Of a stretch of DNA of 64,000 bases, positions 1 to 13,400 are shown piece after piece. The DNA comes from Fimbriosthenelais zetlandica (lineage: Eukaryota). The translations under genes and the position numbers were made by a program. The notes under the pieces are model-generated. The model saw nothing but the letters and a program-made list of their open reading frames with translations. It was not told where the DNA came from and searched no databases. The stretch is taken from NCBI GenBank assembly GCA_977030845.1, contig OZ365112.1:17174001-17238000 (forward strand), in the 5' to 3' direction. How positions within the stretch are numbered: position 1 is the first letter of the stretch; every line of letters starts with the position of its first letter.

Positions 1-2115
1 GATTCCTTACAACAAGTTTCCCAATTTTCCTTAAAGACAGATAAAAACATTCATTTTCACCGGAGGACCTGGCAATGACACATCACAAAAGTATGGGTTG
101 GATCAGAGGAAAGGACATTATTGACCTTTCCACGAATTTAATTTAAAGGCAAAATCTTCAAGACGCTTGCTTCACGTCTATCTATGACCTTTGGTGTCTA
201 TTGCTAAGGACTAAATGTCACACATAATATCCAACACCTGCATCCCTTCGATTTGGTCAAAATTGACAAAAACATTCAAGTATTCTCCTACACAAATTTC
301 ACTGTCAGAAGATAAGATATTTCACTTTCTTCAAATATACTCAAGCAATTACATTCTGCATCACATAATAGTTTTATCAATCATATATTGGGGATTATTG
401 TAATAGGAGATATGAAGGTGAGGCGTGGGTTGTAAAAGCCCCATGTGAAAAGCTCACACCCTATAGCTCATATGAGTGTATTGTACATATTTTCTTTCCT
501 CCTAGCCAAAAGTTTTATGGTCTTATGAGAAGTGGCCGATGTTATGGGTCATCATATACAAAGGTAGCAGGTCACACTTAGCAACCTCTCCTCACTGTAT
601 TATTCTCTCCATGACCAGAGGATCCATTGAAAATGAAATCTATTTTTTCCAAATCAGATCCAATTTGGGCAACAAGTTTTTTAAAAACTTTTCACAAGTG
701 CAACTGGTAGAGCAACATATTAAAACCTTTTGTAGACTATGGCACTTAGTTATTGAATGTTTTATATTGAAATATTAATACAAAATTTGCTAACCCACCT
801 TAAGATTTCTTGAGGATACTGCTGGGGAAGTGCTCCTCCACTTTTAAAGTAATATATCTATTCCTTATATGATTGCCATCTGGAAGACACATTATTTCAA
901 GAGTCAATCCCGTCATTCAGTGAGCCGGAAATGAAAGACAGAGCGCATGCGTGCTGGTGTATATGCTCAGAGGCAGGTATAGTAAGGACTTAGGGGGAGG
1001 GGACATGAGAGAGGAAAGAAGGTATAGATGGGTGTTCCTAGTGCACTTCACAGACCAGAGCCAGTGGCTACACAGTCTAGGCGGCGAAACAGTTACCTAT
1101 TGGCCACTCAGAATGAGCGCCACAGGAGGAAATTATGAGATCCAAATATAAAAAAAAATAATATAGCCAGGATTGCCAACCACAACATACCAGTCATGGT
1201 CAGTGGATGAATGTGCACAAGAGATTGAGAGGTCCAATATATGATAATGTTAACTGCGCGTGGCCATACCTGGCCTCGCTGGCCCTAGGCTACTCCAGTC
1301 CAGTCACCTTAGTATGGTAGTCTGAAAGCCCTGGAGGCATCCGATTCAACCTCTGGCGTTCACATTGTGGGCTACACGAATATCATACCATCTCTCCTCC
1401 CTTCTCTATACATACATAGATGAACACCACAGATTCGACTCGGTTCATAGTCATCCTTTCATAATACAGAGAGTACGATGCCAAGGTTTCTCTATGGTTA
1501 TAATGCGGCCACCAACTAAGGTTATGAACCTGAAGGGTTTCCCCATTTATGTGTCACCTCAGTAACAAATTAGTCCTTCCTAAAAAACCAGTCCAACGAC
1601 TTTTATGAAAATATCCAATCTAAAATATTCGATAATGTACATCTATAGGTAATAATAAATATTCCATGTTTGATTCATTAAAATATTACTTCTTGAACAG
1701 TGAACTCTAAGATTATACATGATGGTCTGGGCCCATAAAGGTTCCAGTGCCGATTTCTTAATTGTTATACCTAAAGCCTTGGGACAAATCTTCGATGCAG
1801 AATTAGATTGGTTTCCATGTAAAGATGCGAGTAACAATAGATTACCCTTGGGCAACCCCACTGGAATAACCCCTTACAGGGATAATAATCACATTAAGTT
1901 TGGAAAAGATGTAATCAGTTTTGATCATCTAAATTACACTGTCTCACATCAAGAAAAAGAAATAAAACTCTTTTCATCCTTAAAATGTCCACATTTTCCA
2001 ATTCAAACATATCTATGCATAAAAAACTAGTTTCAGACAGGGGCACGATTATGCATAGGCTATACTGTTCCTTTCGAAATCATTATAAAAATTTTGATTA
2101 TCATTCCAGAATAAA

Positions 2116-2400
2116 CATCCTGTTCTTTTCATGTATAATTGGCTAATCCCTATAATTATGCAGGATATGCATCCATGTAAATAGCAATCCCTTTAGAACT
2201 ATCACGAACCTTTCGAAACTATTTTCACCGAGATATTTGTTCTAAAAAAATTGTTTGAAAATGGATTTAAAGATATGTACATTGTTTCTATTGAGATCAT
2301 CATAAAGCATCCTGTTCCTTTCAGGTCCTCTATTAAAATCAATATTTGCATTCAATATACTTCCTTGTAAATAGCAATCCCTGGGAACTTCTATGACGTC
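2116..2400. repeat. Degenerate about 192-bp-period direct repeat
   Basis: CATCCTGTTC.TTTCA at 2116 and 2308, each followed later by TGTAAATAGCAATCCCT..GAACT. Confidence 0.55.
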
Positions 2401-5400
2401 ATCAAAATGACATGACATAATAATCCAGACCTTCCAGGAAATGAGACGACAATCTTGGATGGAAAACAATTTATGACTAATATAGATTAATAGGCACTGC
2501 AGTTAGGGAAAGCTATTCATTGGCTCTAGCCCATATATATGCAGAATTCTGACATGCATGCCAATTATAGCAATTGAAACATAAATAAAACATTTTATAC
2601 CAATAAAGTTGTTCTGAAGTGTTGTTCCTCCCTGGCACATGATAACGCTACACCTCTGACCTTTCTCCGTTGGGCAAGCATTCCTAGATATCATTAGGCA
2701 AGTCTGACTTAACTCATAGGAATTTTTATAATGGTGAAACAACTGCAGTTATTGTATTATTCATTATAGTCACCATGTAACATTTTCCTGAACATTAATT
2801 TCATTTAACTGTCGGTTAGCCCCGAAGAATGAAGAGCCTCGCAGTTGAAGCAATCTCCACATAACAACACAGAAAACCTTGAATATCTACACTCTTGATG
2901 ACCTGCCTATGAAAGAATTTCACACCAACTGAACTAAATGAAAACTACTCCTCACCACCCCTCCCTGGCAGAGTAGTATAACAGAACTAGCCGCCAAGTA
3001 CACGTTCCCTCTCCGGCAGTATCATGTACACTTTGAACTTTTCCTTGCTGTGTCGATAGGGAAGATGTCAACAAAGGGTGCCAGGGACTGAATGCAGATT
3101 TTTATTCATAGCTCCACTCGTCGGTTTAAGTCACATCTGAACTGAAATAAGAGGCGAGTCTGAGGTTGACACTACGGATGAAGACATGACGTAGGCAATA
3201 CCTTCAGCTGCTCCACGTTTTTATCATTGATAGTTTTCACACCAACCAAGCATTAAAGCCATTCAACGTGTCTTAAATCCCAACTCCCCTATAGGGAACA
3301 CATGTTTTATCACATCAATATTGTGATCTGATATGCTGAATGAAGCATTTTTGTTCCAGACTGCATCAGTGGATGGTTTAATCCATCCTGTAAAGGGCCA
3401 TAAAATGTCTCTCAAGGTTTATTGGCTGACACAGCCGACTGATAACTGGATGAATGTCCTTGATGCGTTAATAACTTTGTCATGGAAATGCTTTCATGGG
3501 TTTCAATGGTTTGTTGAATGATGATATGTGAGGTTTGTAGGATGTGGTGCCAGGAACGTGGTACTTTGGGTGAAACTTGCTGACAGAGAGAGCAAAGAAG
3601 ATTAGAAACTGCAAGACCAACAATCAACAATGCATTGTTTGATGCCTGGACCTGTGAGGTGTTCTAACCATGAAGTTTTTTCTCCTCTCATGATTTAAGG
3701 TTTTGTTTGCAGTGAGAGGTGTCTGAGACTTTGTCTGAGGGTCATGCTTTTTTCAGAGCATTATAGCATTTCAGGAACTGAATGCACCGATGACCTTCGG
3801 TGCCTTAATGCACTTGGAAATGTGAACTGAGGCGGACAATGGGAGGGACCTGGTAATTCCAGGCGTTCCCAAAATATCATGTTACTAGAAGTAATATCGA
3901 AAACTGAGCCAGGAAAGCAAAAACACGAATTAATTTGAACTGCAGACGATGACCCAAACTATTAAAGGAGAAAATCAACATGAACACATATATTCAAAAT
4001 GTTCACAATTAAACTTTCAGCGCATTAGGTATACCAGGACATATTAGACAAAAGCCAGACAACTATGCATTTACCTGTTCATATCTGGATCCTATGGTGT
4101 GAATTAAAATCGGGAAAAGCCCGTCACTTGGACACCATTCAACCTGGCAGCCCAATAAATCTGTCATATCAACAAAAAGAAATCATCGGGACTGTCTCGG
4201 AAAGGAACACCTTTGTTAGATATGACATGGTGTGATTTCATGAGTATTTCGGGTTTCCCCAATCTATTGTCTCAAATAACACATAATTTTTTTCTGTAGG
4301 AAGTTATCACAAATACTATGCAGTTAAGGTCATATATGAAAAGGTAATCTAGTGAGTGGGTGGGGAGCTGCACTTGTATGTGTAGTTGAGTGAGGTTGAG
4401 CATGTCATACAAGAGTAGAGGAGCATTCTGAAGCATGTGTGCGTGGGCGTGAGCGTGGGTGCATGTGATGAAGAATTTTTACATTAACAATAGACTATAG
4501 CTGTCAATTTTCAGGTCTATTTATACTCGAGTCTGATTTTGACATATAGTCAACGCTGCACACATTTTTACGTGAATTGTAATGTATCTCCGCACAAAGT
4601 ACATTAGCAATGAACTGCTGATCAAGTTCCCAAAGAAAGAGATCCAATTGCAACACAAAATGGTGCGGCAACTTCGAAATGAAATGAAAAATAGAACATC
4701 TTTTTCTTTTGTTGGATTTATTGATATTTCTTCACTTCTCTACAATGACAACCTCTGACATATAACGTGGGTCTATAGAAAACTCGCAGAATGAACCCTG
4801 TGGAATACATACAGCAATGTAAGTTGCGTAGTGCCACTAATGTATAGAACGCCTAATCAAACATACAGTTCATGGAAGATCAAATTATAATGGTAACAAG
4901 TGACTCCTTGGAAATATAGTAGGAGTAAACATTAATTAGCATCTATTTGTACCACATTTATACCCGTTTAATTCTCCCTCCAAATTTGGTTGATTCATGA
5001 CTGCTTTTCAATTCATCCCCACAGTCTGCAATTGTTCAATTATGCGAATTTTGGAAACAAGTTCCAGTGAGAGATACTGTTTTATACATTACTGTAAACG
5101 TTTAGTGAAAAACGCATGCTATAGCACAAGTATGGCTTCACATAGTAGCTATCAAACGTATTAAATTGTACATATACTTTTTTCTTCGAAATTCCGAAAC
5201 TACCCCACCCCGTCCTCGAAACAATGTATAAACTAAAATAATAAGCACAAAGTTACAGACTCTCAGGAAGAATAATGTATGAAGCTTATAACATTGAATA
5301 TATCACATCGTATACGACTTTAGATGGACCAGATATTTAGGTAAAAGAGTAGTCTGATGACAGAGGGTCGTACACACATTCATAAAAGCCAGTTCTCATT

Positions 5401-7447
5401 CACAAGGTTCTAATTACCTAGAAGCATAATTGTTATTTTGCGCCCCTTTTGGCTGGCTGAATGGTTTATATAGACATAATCTATTTATCCTTTGGCGACA
5501 AATTAAAATGAATTAAGTTATAATTTAATTACAATGATGAAATACAATATTAATACATTTATATCACATTTCTCTTAATTAGTTCTTTTCTAACTTTACA
5601 TACAATTAACAATTACACAATAAAATTGAACCTGGATTCATAATGATCCTAATCGTTACTTATTTAGATAGCCAGATACTATCCAGTAACCAACGTGATA
5701 TCCACATTTAGTATGGCACACTAATTTTTCTTTTCTACTTTGCCTTACCAATGCTTTGTAAGTACTATATACAAAATAATTAATTTTCAAATATGTCTGT
5801 GCATGTAATTGACAATTGACAATATGCATATATCTATGTCACTGCAGTTTTCAGAAGCCCCAGATTAATGAATAAATTCGAAATTGAACATAGGTAGAAC
5901 ACTAATTATTGCCTACCGAAAAGAATTGTGGATAATATGCATACACACATCCTTCAAAGGAAACTACATACCCTTGGGAAACTTCTTAATATTGTTTTTA
6001 CAATATCACGAATTGCTTTACGATGATGTTCGTTATACAATACTATTCCACAATTTCAACACTCCACATTTCTGAGGGTTCTACCTATTTCAGCTGAACA
6101 TCATCAATATCTCATTTATTAGGTTAAATGCAACATATATGTCAAATTCACTCCTTGCTTAATACATACCAGCTTTCTGGGACTCTTGACATTATGAGGT
6201 CAAACCTCAACTTTAACAATCAAATCATGTTCGTAGGTCCTTTCAAAATATAATGATTAATTATTAAATAAATACCCCTAATCCCGATGCATTCTGCAGA
6301 CAGGGATCTCCGATTAATTCTCCTACAACTACTCTTATACGTCCAGTGTTTTTAATTCCTGCTGGAGGCCTGTGATTTTCATGATATATAGCAAATTCGG
6401 TCACTATCCATGAAATAATAATAGGTGAGAGCTACACACGGAAAAGCAATATATGCTCCATATATTATATATACTGATACAATCACACCCTATGATCCCT
6501 TCCCCTCATAATACAGCTGGCTAGACGAAGGAAATCTACTTTTTCAGTTCTGCAGAGAGAAACCGGTAAGTATTAACTAAGGAACTCTATGAACTGCTAA
6601 TAGATTCATTTTCAAGCGATTGAAGAAATGAGTCAAAGAACAATTCATATAATTCCATGTATCATATATGATGTCTTGATAAATAGGCTATACCAGGAGC
6701 GTATTCCGGGAACACTGATTATTAAAGAGGAAAATTGATGGCATGTATGGTTCTGCAGGTATTTGAAAGCCTTGATGCCTATTTTTGAGGTAAGCCAGAG
6801 GAAAGCAAGAGATAACTATTGTCATATTTCTGACATTCTATTGGCATTTCCTGGTATAAAATCAAGCACATTGCTGTTTGTGCACTTTTGTATTTAAATG
6901 CTTACTTATATTTTTCTTTATAAGACACTGCATAGAACAAAAAACTATGGGCAATGTCAAGACAAGTAGATACATGGTGAAAGTAAAGGTAAGTGTTTCG
7001 TCTTATAAATGGATTATCTGGATTATCTACATACAGAAAAAGATCACATGCAAGACAAAGCAATTCATGACCATTTATCATCTACCAATATATAAATATA
7101 TGGTAACCTCACATACTGAAAAGCTTGCAGGGGTGAGAATAGTACTAATATCTACAAGTTCACATGCATGAGCATGCAAACCTAGGGGGATTTCTTGTCC
7201 TCCTTCTTCTGTCCTAAATAGGGCAAAGGAGGAATATCACATGAACTGAGCGTGGAGTGTAACCCTCAGTAAGACAATCATTAAAAGGAATCATCCGTGA
7301 AGTGATCCTTGGTTACTTTAAAAGACCACTGCTTCATCACATATAGAAAACAACCAAGCCAGGCGGGACCTTGTTGGGAACGTCTCATGTTCAAGGTACA
7401 TGAAGATATCAATACTAATTGTGACCAGTGTTAGTACATGGACTTGG

Positions 7448-10400
7448 TCATAATGCCGTGGCTGATTCCTGGCGTTGTTCCTCCTCTGATATAGAGGTAA
7501 TAGTAGGAACTTCATGTTGAGGAGCATCATTAGTAGGAGCTTCATGTTCAGCTATAACAGGAATACCATTAATAGTAACACTGGCTGAGTCTTGACCAGG
7601 TGAGGAGCTGATTGATATGGTGGATACAGGGCGGCAGGAGGCTGTACCGTCTACCTCCTGGCCGTGCTGTGATGGTAGATGGGCGTCCTTCTCATACCCT
7701 CCTCCTCCCCTGCTTTGTTCTGTTAGCTTCTGTCTCATGCGGACACCATAATCATCCATAAAGGCTGGATTTATGTAAGCAGGGGGTAACTTCTCACACG
7801 GTATAGACTTTCGACAGCTCATCTATAGTGAAACAAACCAGAGAATAAATCAAACGTGGTAAATAACAATATCTTAAAAATATTTTTCAAAATTCGAAAA
7901 TTCCAAATGTCGATTATTAAAAAGGTTTTTGTAGGTTTTCATTACATTGGACATGGCTTACCTGTTCAAGTTCTAAAGGAGTACAGTCTGTACGGTGCTC
8001 ATCCTCAACTAGATGTGATGTATCCAATAGGAAGACAAGCTGCACTTGTGTAGGGAAGAGTTTATACAAACCAAGAATGACCAGGCCAGAAAGAAAAGTA
8101 AGCCCACCTAGGAAAATCAAATCACAACAAACTGAAAGTTTCCACATAACAAAGCTTTCAGTTTTCCTTCTTTGAAATCAATTTTAAAGTGAACCTCAGA
8201 GTTTTTTTATTAATACATTTATATATAAATCTCTGAGGATTCAAATCCAAAGGCCTGGTATATTTTATGCCATGCTTGTCCACATAGATACAAAACGCGG
8301 ACTGGTAGTAGCAGGAGATCCGCTCACTGCGCCACCCAACGTGCGATATCGTACAAAAAGTCGACACAAACGGAATCGGAATCAAAATTAAACGCGAGGT
8401 CGTGCTTAACTAGGCGATCGATATACTTGTGGAAGCATGGCATAAAAATAGGCACAAACTTGGGTGGTATCTCCCTCATTTGGTCCTGATTTCTTAAGTC
8501 TAATTTAATTTCTTATTCTAAAGCTTTATTTCCAATGGGTTGTTTTCCTGACATACGATGAACCAGCCCAACAGTGAACTGTGTGTACAATTGACAGGTC
8601 AACAGATGTATGACATTCAAAAAAACAACCCAATGGATAGCTTAAACATGTCTTATTCTAATACAGTGGAAGTCTCACCCGAAACAGCACAGACCCAGTA
8701 GCACCAGCCGTAGTGGAAATGTATGTAGCCGTCCTCAAAGGGTATGGTGAAGGGTGTTTGAGGCTGGAGGGCGGTATAGAGGACACAGGAGCCCGCCATC
8801 ATAGCTCCACACAGGGCCATCACAGCCGCCCCATGGAAGACCACAAAGTTCACCACAATGTTAGACACCAGCCACGCAGCAAATGATGACCTGAAAAAAT
8901 AGTCAATTTCAATATTAACACACATGTATTTTCAATATTTAAAAAATAATATTTAAAAAATCACATGCTCAAAGGATCAGAGATCATCAAATTTTTAGTT
9001 ACATATTCGGGACTGTTCGGATTTCAAAAGAAAGTATGAACATTTTATTGCCTATATATAGACTCACTGGCCAAAAAAATAAAGAGAGAAGTAATAAACA
9101 CAGGAGAGGAATGTCTATGAATTGACCTCACTTAGTCTTGATTTATGACCGATATTCTATTCAATGATAATGAACTTGTGTATGAGAGATATAGATCTTA
9201 ATGAACTCACTCATGAGGTCAACTATGATAGAGTAATAACATGAGTAGATCTAACGGTGTACAACAGGGCTCTAGTCCACAATGGACATGAGTTCACAAT
9301 TACAGAACAAATCTACATCTTCAAAATGAGACCTACTCAAATGCCTTTAGGCATGTTAGGTTTTACGTCAGAAACATAGAACATACAGCTATACACAAAA
9401 GCCACTCCTCCTCTTACTTTTTGTTTAAATAACCAGACAAAAGCCAGCATTATGTCTACCCTAAAGTTATTATTCAAAATGGTCAAGGGGCAAGCAGAGT
9501 GCATGGTATGTCACTTCCTGCTACAACTTCCATATCAATATCACAAGCCGTGAACAAATGTACTTATTTCTAAGCAAATATTGCAGAGCAATGGATAGAA
9601 AGATCACTGGTTAACTCCCTATATATTATGTAAAATATACTCACCATTCTAGGATGAAAACAAAATGACCAGCTAATCTCACAGATCGGTGCCATGTTAA
9701 TCCCCCAGCGTCAACACCGAAATATTCAGCCACGTAGAGAATAGGTTGAGGCAGTCCACGAATTTTGGCTTCTTGAAAGTTCAGGGTCATATCATTAACT
9801 GAAACGGTAAGAGTCATCCGTTACTAATGTGAATTTCCTAGAAAATATCTAAGCTTTGGCAATATTGCCCCTGGAAATTCCAAGGGCCTTCAATAATACA
9901 AGACAGTGCCAAAGAAGCTACTGATTCATGGCAGTGGACAGAATTTATTAATGGATATTTCCATGAAATTGGCACCAGATGACCACTTCACACGAAAAAG
10001 GTTAGAGGGCAATACTACATGCACCTCGGGGACATTAAGGACTAAACTATTGTGGAGATTTGTGAGTAAATATTGCAACAGGGGAAAATACGGGGCTATG
10101 AACATGGGTGCTTTGTGACTTCCTCATATTGTATTCATATGTTTTACATACTAGGTTGAGAGTGCATGCGTTTGACCCTAGAGGAGAGGTGGTGTAATTG
10201 ATCAGCTTTCCAACATTAGCATTGAATGGGCAGACATTTCTTTTCCTCTACCTAGTTAACAGCTGGCTAGGTGGATACCCACGATTTCTAGGCGACTGAC
10301 GGCATTGTTTATACTTATAAGATGTCTGTGGTGGACCCATCAGGTCCATTCAGTGACATCTCCAACAACTTAAGATTCTTTTCAAACTTGTTTTCACTTT

Positions 10401-13400
10401 ACAAACAACCTCTGGCTTATTGGATCCAACGTAATGGAAGGACTCTGTAATTATGTTAGGTTGGCGGGGGTTTATGTATCAGAATATTAATTATTGCAAT
10501 GCTGTGCTGAGGGTAAATAAACCTAACCGAAAATATCCATCAGGCTATTGAAAAACTCTGCCTGCAAGGGTCTTCAGAAAATAGAAGAACGGAGTAGCCT
10601 TCATGTAAATGACATTAGGTGCACATGACCCTGATTTTTCGATCAAAGAACGTTCTCAATACAAACGTTGTTACCTACTCCATGTTGAACATCGCCTCGC
10701 CCCTCCCACATTAAAGACAAGATGTTGGAAGTGGTCATACTTGGGTCTGCAAAGGATGCTGATAATTAATCAAGGTATGGCCATCACCGAAACGCCCGCT
10801 GTGTATCCAGCCATAAATGTCACAAGAAATTTGGCGCCAGATCAAAGGACAGTTCTGTGACCTTATCTAAGGTCACAGTGCACCTAGTGGACCTTTGTAA
10901 TACTACATAGAATTAACAAGCGATGCTTCAACTACAAATGGTCCCCAAAATAATAGTTTGAGACTTTATCTAATTGATATGAAGCACTCTTCATATGAAG
11001 CATTCTTCTATCTAATTGACGGGAATCAGGAATCTTAAAAGATTCGGGGTATACATTCAAAGAAAGAGAAAAGTCCTGCAAGGATTATAATGACCTTTGA
11101 CCTTTCTATATACTGCTTACTATATCTACTTTCTTCCCTATGGCACATTCGCCGGATTCCATGTTGGTTCTGGAAGTCCTTTTGATAGGACAGTCTCGGT
11201 TAAAGAATTCCTCGAGGCGGGGTCAGGAATAAGTCCTAGATGGGCACAGGAGGCCCGAGGCATTGCTCAGGATCTGTCTCTATAGTTGGCTGGCATTGAG
11301 CGCGGCGAACTTCGAACCCACCGATGACCAAAGTTTCCGTTATATACCAACGCTTCTGGATCTTTCTAGAGACCAGTGGCTTTAGGAGATATTTAAGGTC
11401 TTGTAGATGGGCTCATTGCCTTCCTGCCTTTTCATTGTGGCTTTCTTCAAAATGAAGGCCATACTATGAGTCATTATGATAAGTATACATGCGTCTCTCC
11501 TTTTACTGGTGTTTTGAGGCCATCTTGTAACAGAGGGTTTATATAGCCTTAAATGGCGGTTGAACCTTGTTTCAAGTTTTAGAAATGCAATGAACTTCAA
11601 GCAATTAGCGGCCTACCAGCTCTCACCAATCTGTGAGAAGTAGAAACCATCAGTTAGACTGACATGTATGTATACATATCTATGTGCAGGCATCCATAAT
11701 GCAAATTCCAGACAGGCTTTCATATTGTAAGCTTCTTTTGTATAGCAACCGGTTCTCTAAAGTTTCTCTTTAACTTTCCTTTGTTTTTCTACCATACGTG
11801 TTTGTTAAGCTCACTACTTTTTGCTACTTAGTTACTTTGGTTTTCAGAGTTTTGAATCCTTTACTTAAAGTATACTGGTTATCACCTTACACCAAGTATA
11901 GTTCCAACAGACATAAAGCCTAAAAGAATGAGACTTATTGCAGTACTTAGGGAGTATTTTTTTATATTTACCCATAAAATCAGATTTGTATATTTCTCTT
12001 TATATAAAAAATTACATTTTTTTTTTAGATATCTCAAGAAATATTCTGTTAAAGCCCCAGAAATCGCGGTTTCTTTACTGGTGTTTAGAACACTTATTTG
12101 TACTCACTGTTGTCGAAGCTGAATCTTTCGTTGTAATCGACATGACTCTTTCCGTGTTTCGTGGCCAAATCCCCTGAAGACAAAAGTTGTGACACTTCAT
12201 TTTCACAAAAACGGTTCATGTACCTCGAGGACAAAATCCTAATCGCAAGCCAATAGCCAGAAAGTGAGCGTGATGGATGTCAGAAAAAAGACCGCGGAGG
12301 AACAAGGATGTGAAATATCAAATATGTGGTTTTGGGGGGTGGGAGGGCATTTACAATTTGATATAATTTCTTTATCGCTTCCCTATATAGTTTTACTTTC
12401 GTTTGGACTAGGGTTGGAATGCCAAGCAAATTCGATGATTATAAGCACGAATGTTGGGGGATCCATATGTCACTATAGGACGAGGTCCGTAGCCTGCAGT
12501 TTTGAGTCACTGCCAATACATGATGCATTACGATGCTGACATGAAATATGTGTGGCTTAAGAATACGGAACTGACGAGTGGTCATCTGAAATTGGGCTAG
12601 GGGTGTCTATAGGCTCTACTGACCAGCAGAAATGATCCCGGATGAGAAAATGACAACTTAAAATTCTGATGGGACATCATATGATTCATTTAAGGCATAT
12701 GTGAGACTCACCTTCTAATGTTATATTTACAGACTTTAGCCCTACACGGACGTTTATATATGCCATAATCTCATCTTGGAACAATGTGGAATAACTGCAG
12801 TGGGACTGAACGAAGGCGACTTGCCATTCTTGACCAAATATAGTGACTGAAATAAAATCATGACCAATTTAAATATAAACATTTGTTTCAATACAATCAT
12901 AAGAGACATGCAATTTTATTTTGCAAACCTATTTACACTTACTTAAGATGGCTATGCCTGTGTGAAGTGTGAAGGCTACTCGTAGAAATGTGGTCCATCT
13001 CTGCAGAAAACAAACAGGATTAATATGGTAACTTAATTCATGATTACAAGTAAAGATACACCTGAATGTTCAACATTCCAATGTCAGGTGCCCTGCATAA
13101 ACACAGTGTATTAATTAGATGGATAATTAAGTTAATCAGTTATTAACATGACTTGATTTTCCGAGAAAACAACAAGGTATATGAATGACATGCTTCATAC
13201 ATAGGGAGAGTGGTGAGGGCCAGGTTTATTGTGTCTATGATATAGTAGTATCGTTTGGAGGCAGTTTGCAGGCAATGTGCTGTAAGCATCTGTGGATATA
13301 TAGTGGTTTTCCTCAAGGCTGTTGATTACTAATTGACAGTCTGTTTGACTTCCCTTCAAGGTCCAGAACAACAAACCAACTATTTGGATCAGTGACTGAC

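Noticed and set aside
6976-6990. TGG-TGA-AAG-TAA as a possible selenocysteine C-terminus
   Set aside because: No known selenoprotein ends this way, no SECIS was identified, and the frame itself is unsupported.
12570-12600. Second hammerhead-like CTGACGAG...GAAA
   Set aside because: No stem II pairing between the boxes.
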